Shown here in pieces: positions 18,503 through 27,529 of a stretch of DNA of 32,000 nt (its first letter is position 1; each line of letters opens with the position of its first letter). The position numbers were made by a program, and so were the translations under genes. The stretch lies in contig JBHLKY010000008.1 in assembly GCA_048886185.1 (NCBI GenBank), positions 183,047-215,046 of the forward strand, in the 5' to 3' direction. This stretch comes from Candidatus Hermodarchaeota archaeon (GTDB taxonomy: Archaea > Asgardarchaeota > Heimdallarchaeia > Hodarchaeales > Hodarchaeaceae). The notes under the pieces are model-generated. The model saw nothing but the letters and a program-made list of their open reading frames with translations. It searched no databases and had not been told where the DNA came from.

Positions 18503-19293
18503 TGGAGAATAAAATAATGGGTAGGAAAGGAAGTCCACGACATAGAAAACGCTTAAGTGCTCCAATCACTTATCCTATAATGAGAAAGCACGGAATCTTT
18601 ACGATTAGGCCTTACCCGACTCGAAGTACAATAGAATCTTCGATTCCTTTAGGAATTGTCATTAGAGAAATGCTAGGATATGCCAAAACACTTTCTGAGG
18701 TAAAGAGAATACTGATTAAAAAATTAATCAAAGTCGATGGAAAAATTCAAACAAATTATAAATTTGGCGTAGGACCAATGGATGTTCTAGAAATTACACA
18801 AACAGAACAATTTTTCCGTTTAACTCCTTATCGAGGAAAAAGACGACTAAAATTACACCCAATTTCAGAAGAAGAAGCGCATAAAAAAATCCTCAGTATC
18901 AAAGGAAAAAAAACGGTTAAAGGGGGATTTGTACAACTCAATTTTCATGATGGTAGAAACTATTTAATGAACCCAGAAAACGAACACGAGTTCCCAATTT
19001 CAGAATTAGCAGTAAAAGATAGCATCCAATTCAATCTAGACAAGAAAACAATCGAGGACCACTATCCATTCGCCACTAATAATACAGCATTAATCATGGG
19101 TGGACATAATGTCGGATTAGTTGGTAAAATCAAAGAGATTGAAACACAAAGCGGGCGAAAAATGCGTAACGTCACACTAGAAACAGAGGAAGGAGAAATT
19201 GAAACAACTGATCAACACCTAATCATCATTGGTCGTGAAACACCAGTCATTGAAATCCCCAAAGTGAATGGAGCCACAGAAGATGAGCTTTAG
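18502..19293 (+). CDS. rps4e: 30S ribosomal protein eS4
   Basis: HRKRLSAP, PLGIVIREMLGYA, QLNFHDGRN, IMGGHNVG. Confidence 0.95.
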   Translation: MENKIMGRKGSPRHRKRLSAPITYPIMRKHGIFTIRPYPTRSTIESSIPLGIVIREMLGYAKTLSEVKRILIKKLIKVDGKIQTNYKFGVGPMDVLEITQTEQFFRLTPYRGKRRLKLHPISEEEAHKKILSIKGKKTVKGGFVQLNFHDGRNYLMNPENEHEFPISELAVKDSIQFNLDKKTIEDHYPFATNNTALIMGGHNVGLVGKIKEIETQSGRKMRNVTLETEEGEIETTDQHLIIIGRETPVIEIPKVNGATEDEL

Positions 19294-19885
19294 AAGAAGA
19301 ACGCCACAAGTCGCAGAAGAAGAACGTCCACCTATTACTCTCACAGACTCTGAAAAGGTTTATGTAAAGGAATGGGAAAAACAACCGATGCGAAAACCAC
19401 GAATTCTGAAAGTGTGTGTAAATTTCGCTGTAGGAACCTCGGGACCAGAGTTAGAACGAGCCAGAGAACTATGCGAACGACTTACTGACCAAACTCCTGC
19501 AGAAGGGAGAGCAAAAGAGTCAGTAAGAGGATTTGGAATTAGAAAACACGAACCAATTGCAGTTTTTACAACTCTAAGAGGAGAATTAGCCCAGAATTTC
19601 TTGAAGAAAGCTTTTTGGGGGATTGAGGAAAAAGTATCCAAACGTAATTTCGATGCCCATGGGAACCTCTCACTAGGAATAGCTGACCACCTCAAATTAC
19701 CTGATATTAAGTATGACCCGAAAATAGGCGTTCATGGATTTGATACAACAATCGTACTAGAACGTCCAGGATATCGAACAAACCGCAGAAGAATCCGCTC
19801 TGCTAAAATCCCTAAAAAACATAGAATAACAAAAGAAGAAGGTATAGCATTTTTTAAGCACGAGTTCAATCTAGGAGTCGAGTAA
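19268..19885 (+). CDS. rpl5p: 50S ribosomal protein uL5
   Basis: [37 protein letters not shown] 19283 is an alternative start. Confidence 0.95.
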   Translation: MEPQKMSFRRRTPQVAEEERPPITLTDSEKVYVKEWEKQPMRKPRILKVCVNFAVGTSGPELERARELCERLTDQTPAEGRAKESVRGFGIRKHEPIAVFTTLRGELAQNFLKKAFWGIEEKVSKRNFDAHGNLSLGIADHLKLPDIKYDPKIGVHGFDTTIVLERPGYRTNRRRIRSAKIPKKHRITKEEGIAFFKHEFNLGVE

Positions 19886-19896
19886 GCTTGCATAAA

Positions 19897-20046
19897 ATGT
19901 CAGAAACCAAGAAGAAATTCGGAAAGGGAACTCGTACATGTCGAAGATGTGGCACTCATAGAGCAATTATTAGAAAATACGGATTATACATATGTAGACG
20001 CTGTATCAGAGAGATAGCGAATGAACTAGGTTTTAGAAAATTTTGA
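19897..20046 (+). CDS. rps14p: 30S ribosomal protein uS14 (zinc-binding); absent from the ORF track
   Basis: Hand translation [49 protein letters not shown] (49 aa). Confidence 0.96.
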   Translation: MSETKKKFGKGTRTCRRCGTHRAIIRKYGLYICRRCIREIANELGFRKF

Positions 20047-20912
20047 CCACGAAAAGTACTCCATTCCAACAAATCCGACAAGCTATCCAAGACCAAGAAA
20101 TTATTCCCAAAAATCTTATTCCATTACTCCCCCGAGGATGGAAACGGGTAGGTGAGGTTGGGATATTAGAATTAAAACCAGAGCTACTACCGTGGAAGAA
20201 AGAAATAGGTGAGAAATATCTTGAATTTCTTCCAGAACTAAGAACAATTACTCACAAAACAGGAATTACTAGAACATCAAAAAGAAAACCAGACAATGAA
20301 GTCCTAGCTGGAGACATTAATACCATTACACTTCATAAAGAATTGGGATGTAAATTCTGGGTTGACGCTTTAAAACTCACATTTTCAAATGGAAACCATG
20401 CAGAACGGCACCGAATGATTAGGACTAGTAAAAACCACGAACAGATTATTGACATGTTTGCTTGTGTAGGAAACCTATCATTAGCAATAGCAATTCACAA
20501 TCCAACAGTGAGAATAATAGGGATTGAAATCAATCCCTATGCATTCAATTTCCTTGAGAAAAACATCCAAGAAAATCATGTGTTTGACCGATATAAGGCA
20601 TTATTCGGAGATAACCGGAAAATAACCCCAAAAAATTGGGCAGATCGGGTAATAATGGGATATTTTACCATTGATGACATTCAGTTAACTACTGCTCTAG
20701 CAAGCCTAAACCAAGAGCACGGGGGAGTCATTCACGTACATGGATTATCGAGTACCCGACAACCAACGGATTGGCTCAAACAAATCCAAGGAATAGTCAC
20801 AGAATCATTCCCATACTTCAAGGTTAACACCAGTCGTAAGAAAATCATTAAATCAGTAGCTCCAGGCATCAACCACTTTGTTAATGATTTAGTCATAAAA
20901 TCTACCAACTAA
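20043..20912 (+). CDS. taw2: Trm5/Tyw2-family SAM-dependent tRNA modification enzyme, most like Taw2 (aminocarboxypropyltransferase)
   Basis: [31 protein letters not shown] (no Trm5-type NLP motif), GGVIHVH. The TTG start overlaps the S14 stop (TTGA). Confidence 0.75.
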   Translation: MTTKSTPFQQIRQAIQDQEIIPKNLIPLLPRGWKRVGEVGILELKPELLPWKKEIGEKYLEFLPELRTITHKTGITRTSKRKPDNEVLAGDINTITLHKELGCKFWVDALKLTFSNGNHAERHRMIRTSKNHEQIIDMFACVGNLSLAIAIHNPTVRIIGIEINPYAFNFLEKNIQENHVFDRYKALFGDNRKITPKNWADRVIMGYFTIDDIQLTTALASLNQEHGGVIHVHGLSSTRQPTDWLKQIQGIVTESFPYFKVNTSRKKIIKSVAPGINHFVNDLVIKSTN

Positions 20913-20941
20913 AAGTTTTCTCTTTTTGATAAGCTGCAAAG

Positions 20942-22636
20942 CTACTCTCTATTCTTACAATTCCTCAATCCAATAGCAATAAGTGCGAGAAAACCAATAA
21001 TTATAAGATATGTGTCAAAACTGGTAGTGGTTTCTGCTATATTTGTTGTTTCTGTTGTCATCATTGATGTAGTATCTATTAGAGGTATAGAAGCCGTTTG
21101 AGATGATTCAGGGGGAAAGGCTGCTAAATATCCACCAATATCAAAGCGAAAGAGGAAACCATCTTGAGTCCCTCGAAGTGTTTGCTGATATGCATCATTG
21201 GTTATCAAAAAATCTGAAGAGGCTGTAAAACCAACAATATACAGATAATTATCAGAAAAGAATTGATGCCAAGGATGATCTTGTCCTACACCTCCTAAAT
21301 ACGAACCAAACAAGGGTTGGCCAGTAGGGGAGATCTTCATTATAATAACATCGCAAGACTCACTGTGTTCCATTTGAAATGCATTTATAATAGGTAAACC
21401 GTTTGGTCCAGCGATTCCACTGACATAGATATTGTTTTCAGAATCGATATCCACATGGTGTATGGTATCCCATTCAGATCCACCAAAATAACTAGAGAAA
21501 ATTAATTCTTGCCCATCTGCAGATAATTTTGTCACAAATCCATCCACTTCGATGTAACTGTAATTCTCCTGCCAAGCATTAACTGTTGGAAAATCAGAAG
21601 ACCAAGTTCGGCCAGTCATGATGATATCTCCTACCGAATCAACGGCAACTCCAAAACAATCATCCATGTGGGAACCACCGAAGTAAGTAGCATAAATAAG
21701 CTGACCAAACGAATCATATTTCGCAAGGAAGAAATCTCTTTGAAAAACACTGCCAATGGAATCCTGAAATGCATCTTCAGTAACAGGAAAGTCAAGACTC
21801 CCTGTGAATCCAGTTACTATAATATTATCCTGATGATCTAAAGTAATCTTGTCTATTCCTTCATAGCTGCTCCCACCTAAGAAAGTGGAATACAAGATCG
21901 TTGAACAATTCGCCGATACACGCATGAGAAACCCATCTGATCCACCAACCATAACAGGTTGAGCAGCATCGGGAGTAACTGGAAAATTAGCAGAGTTGGT
22001 TCCCCCAGAGAGGACAAGATTGCCTGCTGAATCCAATTCACAATCATTGACACGATCATCTCCAGCTGTACCAAGATAACTAGAATAGAGTAATGACCCA
22101 TTACCTGAAAATTTAGCAATGAAAATGTCATAGTAACCATAATGATCTTGCTGATAGGCATCAATTGTGATAGGAAAATCATTTGATTGACATATTCCGA
22201 CAACTATAATGTTATCGGATTCTACTACTTCAACAAATAGTCCCCCATCTATACTGGATCCCCCAAAGTATGTCGACCATACGAGCTGCCCATCTCGATT
22301 AAATTTTGTTACAAAGGCATCACCACAAACACCATGATTATCATACCCACCACCAGCAAAAGTATCTTGAAAAGCATCTTGAATTGGAAAATTAGTAGAT
22401 ACAGTATGACCAGTGATGATAATGTTATCACTTGAATCTGTAATAACGTCTCTAATATGATCTTCATCTAAGGATGGAGACTCATCACCTCCTAGAAAGG
22501 TACTATAGACAAAATCTGTTATCTCAACATGCATCTTTCGGCTCGATTCAAGAGTAGATATACCACAAACAATACCAATGGTTAATAGAAAAACAACCAC
22601 GGCAGTTACTATTATCAGTTTCTTTTTATGACTCAA
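20942..22636 (-). CDS. Secreted/surface beta-propeller (SBBP-repeat) protein with Thr-rich stalk and C-terminal TM anchor
   Basis: N-terminal hydrophobic signal; about seven repeats of (Y/W)S(T/S)(Y/F)(L/F)GG..D...DS..N...G.T.S..FP; ends TTSFDTYLIIIGFLALIAIGLRNCKNRE. Confidence 0.85.
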   Translation of the reverse strand: MSHKKKLIIVTAVVVFLLTIGIVCGISTLESSRKMHVEITDFVYSTFLGGDESPSLDEDHIRDVITDSSDNIIITGHTVSTNFPIQDAFQDTFAGGGYDNHGVCGDAFVTKFNRDGQLVWSTYFGGSSIDGGLFVEVVESDNIIVVGICQSNDFPITIDAYQQDHYGYYDIFIAKFSGNGSLLYSSYLGTAGDDRVNDCELDSAGNLVLSGGTNSANFPVTPDAAQPVMVGGSDGFLMRVSANCSTILYSTFLGGSSYEGIDKITLDHQDNIIVTGFTGSLDFPVTEDAFQDSIGSVFQRDFFLAKYDSFGQLIYATYFGGSHMDDCFGVAVDSVGDIIMTGRTWSSDFPTVNAWQENYSYIEVDGFVTKLSADGQELIFSSYFGGSEWDTIHHVDIDSENNIYVSGIAGPNGLPIINAFQMEHSESCDVIIMKISPTGQPLFGSYLGGVGQDHPWHQFFSDNYLYIVGFTASSDFLITNDAYQQTLRGTQDGFLFRFDIGGYLAAFPPESSQTASIPLIDTTSMMTTETTNIAETTTSFDTYLIIIGFLALIAIGLRNCKNRE

Positions 22637-22903
22637 TTTTTTTTCCTCAATGAAAATCGAGCTATTAAATTAGTTTTTTGATAAAATATGAGAAGAAATA
22701 CTGCTCGATTATTCAACCCAAGGAGGAATCAAAATAGTCATAAGGGAAGATTATATTTTCAAAACTGAAAGCATCAATTCTGCTTTTGTAAGAAAGAAAC
22801 GAGTAATTAGGATAGCTGATTCATTAAATTAAAAGAGGAATGTTCATTTAGCACACATTCACAAAGAAAAATCATAATATTAAGAGAAATATCCAAAAGT
22901 TAA

Positions 22904-24052
22904 TCACAATTGCTTTTCTTTTAACCGAGTAATCGTGATTTGTAGAGCTTCTTTCAAAGTGGAGAGGAAGAGAAACCCCTTTGGTGTGATTGAAAAATTT
23001 CTAAAGCGTGCATCCTGAATCACTTGAGCAGAAACGTATGTCTCGACGTATTGCAAATCAATGAGCTTTTTAATTTCTCTAGTAAGGGTAGGAGCTGGAA
23101 TCTGGAGACTTTGGGCTAGTTTGGTTGGATTAGTTTCCCTTGGATTCTGATAAGCAATCTCAATAAGGGTTAAAACGGTCCGACCCTTCAATTCAGAGCG
23201 GAGATCATTTTGAAGGGATGTTGGAAAATATTCTACCATGGAGGTCTGACTAACTGACTCTAAGCGGGGAACATCTCTGAAGTCACTGGGGTAATCAGTT
23301 CGAATGTTATCCAGACCAATGATTACTTTATGGCGAATTTCATTCAAATAATCAGTTTTACTGGACTGAACCAATTCAACAAAGGTTACTTGTGGCTTGA
23401 ACCTAGGATTAGTACGAAAATAAGTAAATCCAACACCAGAGATAAGAATAAGAGAACCAAAAAGACTAATTAATAAAAGGAATTGATTATCATCAGATTC
23501 CTGAATGATAGCTGTTGTTTCAGAGGTGGTTGTAATCGTAGAAGTTCTCTCTTCCCGATTATCAATAGTAAACGGATGATCAGAGATATCCTCTTTCTCC
23601 TCCCAATTTTTACTCCCAGCGATGACTTTTACCAGATAATTAGTACCATATGTTTCATAAAGCGGAGTATCCCATTCATGTGTTGTTTCGAGGATAGTGA
23701 AAGCTAATTGAATCCAATCCTCTCCACCATTTGGGGAATAAAAGACCGAATACCAGGGATCATCCCCATAAAACTCAACATCAAGGATCCATTGGATCGT
23801 AACAGTTCCAGTCAGAGTTTCTCCCCCGTTGGGAAATAGAATAGCAAGACCGTTATTTTGGGAAGGGTGAGCTAAATTCAAGAGGTTTGAAGAAGGATTT
23901 TTAGAATTGGCCATATCATTGTTTCTAGTAGGACAGGGGATTGGATCAGTCGAAGAGAAAGTCAGGCTTAATATAAAATAAAAATTGAGAACTAAAAATA
24001 TAAGAAGGCTTCCTAGGATCAATGGTTTCATTTTTCCCATAATAGATTCCAA
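22904..24052 (-). CDS. Membrane-anchored MarR-like winged-helix protein with an extracellular beta domain
   Basis: Signal peptide; ILFPNGGETLTGTVTIQW beta domain; Thr-rich linker; TM FLLLISLFGSLILISGVGFTYF; C-terminal PTKLAQSLQIPAPTLTREIKKL...DARFRNFSITPKG. Confidence 0.8.
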   Translation of the reverse strand: MESIMGKMKPLILGSLLIFLVLNFYFILSLTFSSTDPIPCPTRNNDMANSKNPSSNLLNLAHPSQNNGLAILFPNGGETLTGTVTIQWILDVEFYGDDPWYSVFYSPNGGEDWIQLAFTILETTHEWDTPLYETYGTNYLVKVIAGSKNWEEKEDISDHPFTIDNREERTSTITTTSETTAIIQESDDNQFLLLISLFGSLILISGVGFTYFRTNPRFKPQVTFVELVQSSKTDYLNEIRHKVIIGLDNIRTDYPSDFRDVPRLESVSQTSMVEYFPTSLQNDLRSELKGRTVLTLIEIAYQNPRETNPTKLAQSLQIPAPTLTREIKKLIDLQYVETYVSAQVIQDARFRNFSITPKGFLFLSTLKEALQITITRLKEKQL

Positions 24053-24301
24053 AGAGGAATTATAATTTCACCTATTTGAATAGATTTTAATAGCTATAAA
24101 TTATCTCAGAAGCTAATGCAAACAAATTTCCATTTAATAACAAATCATCAAGCTGATCTGATGAAGTTTCACCCGATGCCTCGAAAGCCTGCCTTTTTGA
24201 AATGAGAATTAGAAAAAAAAATTACACCTGTACTTTAAACTAGCCACAACGCAATGTAAAGGATTAAGCTTAGCGTCTAAGATCGAAATACCGTAAATCA
24301 A

Positions 24302-25942
24302 TTAATAAATGGTCTTCTCCTGAAGGGGAATCTCGTAAATTCCCCGAAGATGACGAAACGAACTGTGAATCTCTACCTCCTCCACAAGAAGGACGTTATT
24401 TCGATAAAAAGTTAACACATTGAAGGTATTCAACTTCTTAGATTTAATTTTTTTTGAGGAAAAAGTACCTGCATTAACAAAAACTGTTTTCTCTACCTGT
24501 AAACTAGTAGCATGGTGTTCTAAACCTGAAAGAACCACAGGTATTTGATTAGTAGTGAAAAAATCTAGTGAATCCCCAGCATTTCTGACAGTCCGTTCAA
24601 AAGAGGATCGGGGGATAGGAATACAGGAGTGATGCATTGCGACAATTGGCACTTGTTGGGAGCGTAAATTCACCAAATCTTCTTTTAATAAATTAAGAAT
24701 ACCACGACCAATATTTCCACTAGAATCAGGACCAGTATTAATTCCAAACACATGAAGAAAGTTGTCAGTATTGTCATAAATGGGATCAAGGGGACCTATC
24801 TGACTAATCCATAACTTTTTACCATAAGGATGAAGATCACGAGTTCCAGGAACCAACACAACAGGGATATTGGTCTTCTCCTTTAGAGTGTTTAAATAAT
24901 ATTTGGCTAAAGCATAATCCTCAGGAAAAGAATCATTTGTTAGATTACCACAATGGACAATCAGTGAAGGATGTTCGGCTATAACCATCTCTATCCCTTT
25001 TTCGTAAATTTCTTTTTGAAAATCACCACCAGGAGAAAAATGAGTACAGCCTAAATGACATATTTTGATAGTAACTTCATCCAATTTTCCCTCAATAGGA
25101 TAAGAAGGAATATTTCCCTGAAATAAATGATAGACATGTTTTTCAGGTTTTTGAAATGTTGAATACCTATCAATTCCAATGAATCTTTCCTCTATCTGAT
25201 CAGAAGAAATATCTAAAGAGAGATACACATGTCCAGCTTTTCCACGGGTTTTATTGCTTGAGAAAGTACCGTTGTTAATAAGCAACATTTTACGCTTACC
25301 ATTGGAAATGGTGTAGGAATGAGGAAAATGTCGGTGACCAACGATTACAATATCAACGCCTGTTTCCCATAATATGCGTAAAACATCCCCCGCATCAACT
25401 ACCATTGATCGCTCCCTTCCAGTCTTAGGAATTGGCAATACATGATGATGAAAGCAAAGAATTTTCACAATATGATCAGGATACTGAGAAAACTTAGCTA
25501 ATATTTCCTCCATCCCGCGATTTCCGATCCGCCCTGAATCCATATCGGGTTCAACAGAGTCAATTCCAAGAATAACCACATTGCCACCTGTAGTGGTTGT
25601 ATCAATAAAAAAATGACGAAAGCCATAAAATTCTTTCCAAATTTCCATTCCGACATTTCTAAAATCATGATTTCCAGGCAAACAATGAAATTCGGGATTT
25701 TTTACCCCAAAAGAGGTAAAAGTCCCATTTATTAACGTATTAGCATAAATATAATCTTCAAAGGTACCTTGATCTGTAATATCACCTAGATTCAATAAGA
25801 TTGTTTGTGGATTTTTCTTTAATTTAGAGGCGATACTCATGATACCATTTGTAAAAGCCTCTTCATTAAAGTATCCAGTAAATTTACTAATATGAAGATC
25901 AGAGATGGTAATAATTCTAATATTCTGCTTTTGATTTAACAT
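24302..25942 (-). CDS. Tandem calcineurin-like metallophosphoesterase (intact N-domain, degenerate C-domain)
   Basis: N-domain SDLH, GDITD, PGNHD, HHH, GHRH; C-domain equivalents GCTH, GNLTN, PGTRD, MHHS, GLEH. Confidence 0.88.
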   Translation of the reverse strand: MLNQKQNIRIITISDLHISKFTGYFNEEAFTNGIMSIASKLKKNPQTILLNLGDITDQGTFEDYIYANTLINGTFTSFGVKNPEFHCLPGNHDFRNVGMEIWKEFYGFRHFFIDTTTTGGNVVILGIDSVEPDMDSGRIGNRGMEEILAKFSQYPDHIVKILCFHHHVLPIPKTGRERSMVVDAGDVLRILWETGVDIVIVGHRHFPHSYTISNGKRKMLLINNGTFSSNKTRGKAGHVYLSLDISSDQIEERFIGIDRYSTFQKPEKHVYHLFQGNIPSYPIEGKLDEVTIKICHLGCTHFSPGGDFQKEIYEKGIEMVIAEHPSLIVHCGNLTNDSFPEDYALAKYYLNTLKEKTNIPVVLVPGTRDLHPYGKKLWISQIGPLDPIYDNTDNFLHVFGINTGPDSSGNIGRGILNLLKEDLVNLRSQQVPIVAMHHSCIPIPRSSFERTVRNAGDSLDFFTTNQIPVVLSGLEHHATSLQVEKTVFVNAGTFSSKKIKSKKLNTFNVLTFYRNNVLLVEEVEIHSSFRHLRGIYEIPLQEKTIY

Positions 25943-26231
25943 TCCTTACCAAATTGCCACGTTTAGACAGAGCCTTTTAATTCTATCTACTTTATATAAT
26001 TAATAATCGGTTAAATGGGTGTTGATATATAACTAAAACATGACTAATGGCTAAATAAACCACAAATGGCTTAGAGAGAAAGTCACTTTAACAGATATTC
26101 TTCAGGAGAGATAATATTTTGAGGGGGTAACCAAGCAAAGTGTTATTTATTGTTTGTTATGACGAGGGTAGTGTATTGTTAAATGATCGATCAAATGTGA
26201 AAATCTCGGGTGTAGTGTCTAAAGAGGAAGT

Positions 26232-26423
26232 TTGGGTTGGAACGAATATTACTCAAAAGAGTTAGACAAACACTTTAGAACATACTACGTCCGAAACAAA
26301 AGAACAACATCTGCTACAGCTTTTCCTCATCTTGTTATGGTGTTTTGGAATTGTCGGTGTGGTAACCATTCCGAGAAAGAAACGCAAGAGCTGATCTTTC
26401 CACCCTCTTTTTTTTATCCTTAG
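26232..26423 (+). CDS. Small hypothetical protein (63 aa) with a CxC motif
   Basis: TTG start after AGAGGA; fills the gap between two minus-strand genes; WNCRCGNH motif. No family recognised. Confidence 0.4.
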   Translation: MGWNEYYSKELDKHFRTYYVRNKRTTSATAFPHLVMVFWNCRCGNHSEKETQELIFPPSFFYP

Positions 26424-26434
26424 ATGACAGCATT

Positions 26435-27289
26435 CTATTTTTGTTGCATAAAGGACAGAAAATCAAGAACATGCCGATGAATATCAATCGCTTCTTCCTT
26501 AGAAACGAGATATTCATGATGAATAACAGTATTACGAAGGGAATTGAGGCGACTGAAAAATCGTTTAAACTCAAATAGACCATATTGCGCTATTTTATGG
26601 TCAAGGCCAACTTCAAAGGTACCATCTAAACCTAAGACCTCCCTCACTGTGGAATGAGCAAAATGAATGAATGCTTGAAGGTAAATAAGATTATCTCCTT
26701 GAGTCCCCTCCTCAAAACATTCCAAAGCTTGAGTCCACAGGTCAGAGGCTTCTGAAGAAATTTGAAGCGGTTCCTTAGGGACAGGAGAAGGAGTATCGGA
26801 AACGAATGTAGCGGGAGTATCCACACATAGAAGATTGTTTGTACCAGGAGGAGCAGTTAGCTGTACCTCAAGTTGGGGCATGAGGAGAGCCAACTTATCA
26901 GTTAAACTGTTTGGGGGATCCAATCGTTTTTGTCCCTCAACCAAGAAAAAAACAGCTTTGAAGAATTCTTCATGCCCTTTATAAATATCCACGATCCGTA
27001 ACCAAGTCGTCTCTTGATCAGGGGCCCATTGAATAGCCTCAAAAAATAATCGTACCGCCTCCGCCTCTCTCCCCTCCTCCTTCAAAATAGAGCCACGTAA
27101 AAGCCAGAAATCTATTAACAAAGACATATTATTATCACTCAATTGCTTCAAGGAGGCAAGGAGCGATGGAGGAACAACACCTGAATCATCAGCTAAGATC
27201 TCTTCAACAATAGTAATGATTTCCTTTCCATGAGGATGAGTTTCTAAACTCCTGACAAAACTAGAAATTAACTGACTAGTCTCTTCCAT
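26435..27289 (-). CDS. TPR plus HEPN-like domain protein
   Basis: TPR-like helices (WLLRGSILKEEGREAEAVRLFFEAIQWAPD), Pro/Ser linker, and a C-terminal helical domain carrying R-x4-H (LRNTVIH). Confidence 0.7.
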   Translation of the reverse strand: MEETSQLISSFVRSLETHPHGKEIITIVEEILADDSGVVPPSLLASLKQLSDNNMSLLIDFWLLRGSILKEEGREAEAVRLFFEAIQWAPDQETTWLRIVDIYKGHEEFFKAVFFLVEGQKRLDPPNSLTDKLALLMPQLEVQLTAPPGTNNLLCVDTPATFVSDTPSPVPKEPLQISSEASDLWTQALECFEEGTQGDNLIYLQAFIHFAHSTVREVLGLDGTFEVGLDHKIAQYGLFEFKRFFSRLNSLRNTVIHHEYLVSKEEAIDIHRHVLDFLSFMQQK

Positions 27290-27426
27290 TAGTAGTAACC
27301 AAACAACTTAGAATGGATTAATAAACAAAAATCACTTCACAAGGTTACAATCCACTTTTCCTTTTTAAAGTCCAAAAATATTATGATTAATCGATTTTAA
27401 GAGTTTCAAGATACCCTACCTTTTTC

Positions 27427-27458
27427 CTTGTATAAACGTTAGTCAACATTTATACAAG
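27427..27458. repeat. 14-bp inverted repeat with 4-nt loop
   Basis: CTTGTATAAACGTT-AGTC-AACATTTATACAAG; 13/14 Watson-Crick, and the single mismatch becomes a U-G wobble on the minus strand. Confidence 0.8.
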
Positions 27459-27529
27459 TCATGCGGGGGCACAGCTTTTCCACATCTTGTCCTTGTATCT
27501 GGAATTGAAAAGAATTACTGATTGATTCG

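Noticed and set aside
24145-24190. CTGATGA...GAAA resembling a hammerhead ribozyme core, and nearby C/D-box-like words
   Set aside because: Stem II cannot close (A opposite C), no valid stem III/NUH partner was found, and no convincing C'/D' boxes or guide sequence exist. Only a 6-bp hairpin is real.
26335-26583. 82-aa minus-strand ORF with a CPLC motif
   Set aside because: Mostly overlaps the 3' end of the TPR-HEPN gene in another frame; likely a shadow ORF.
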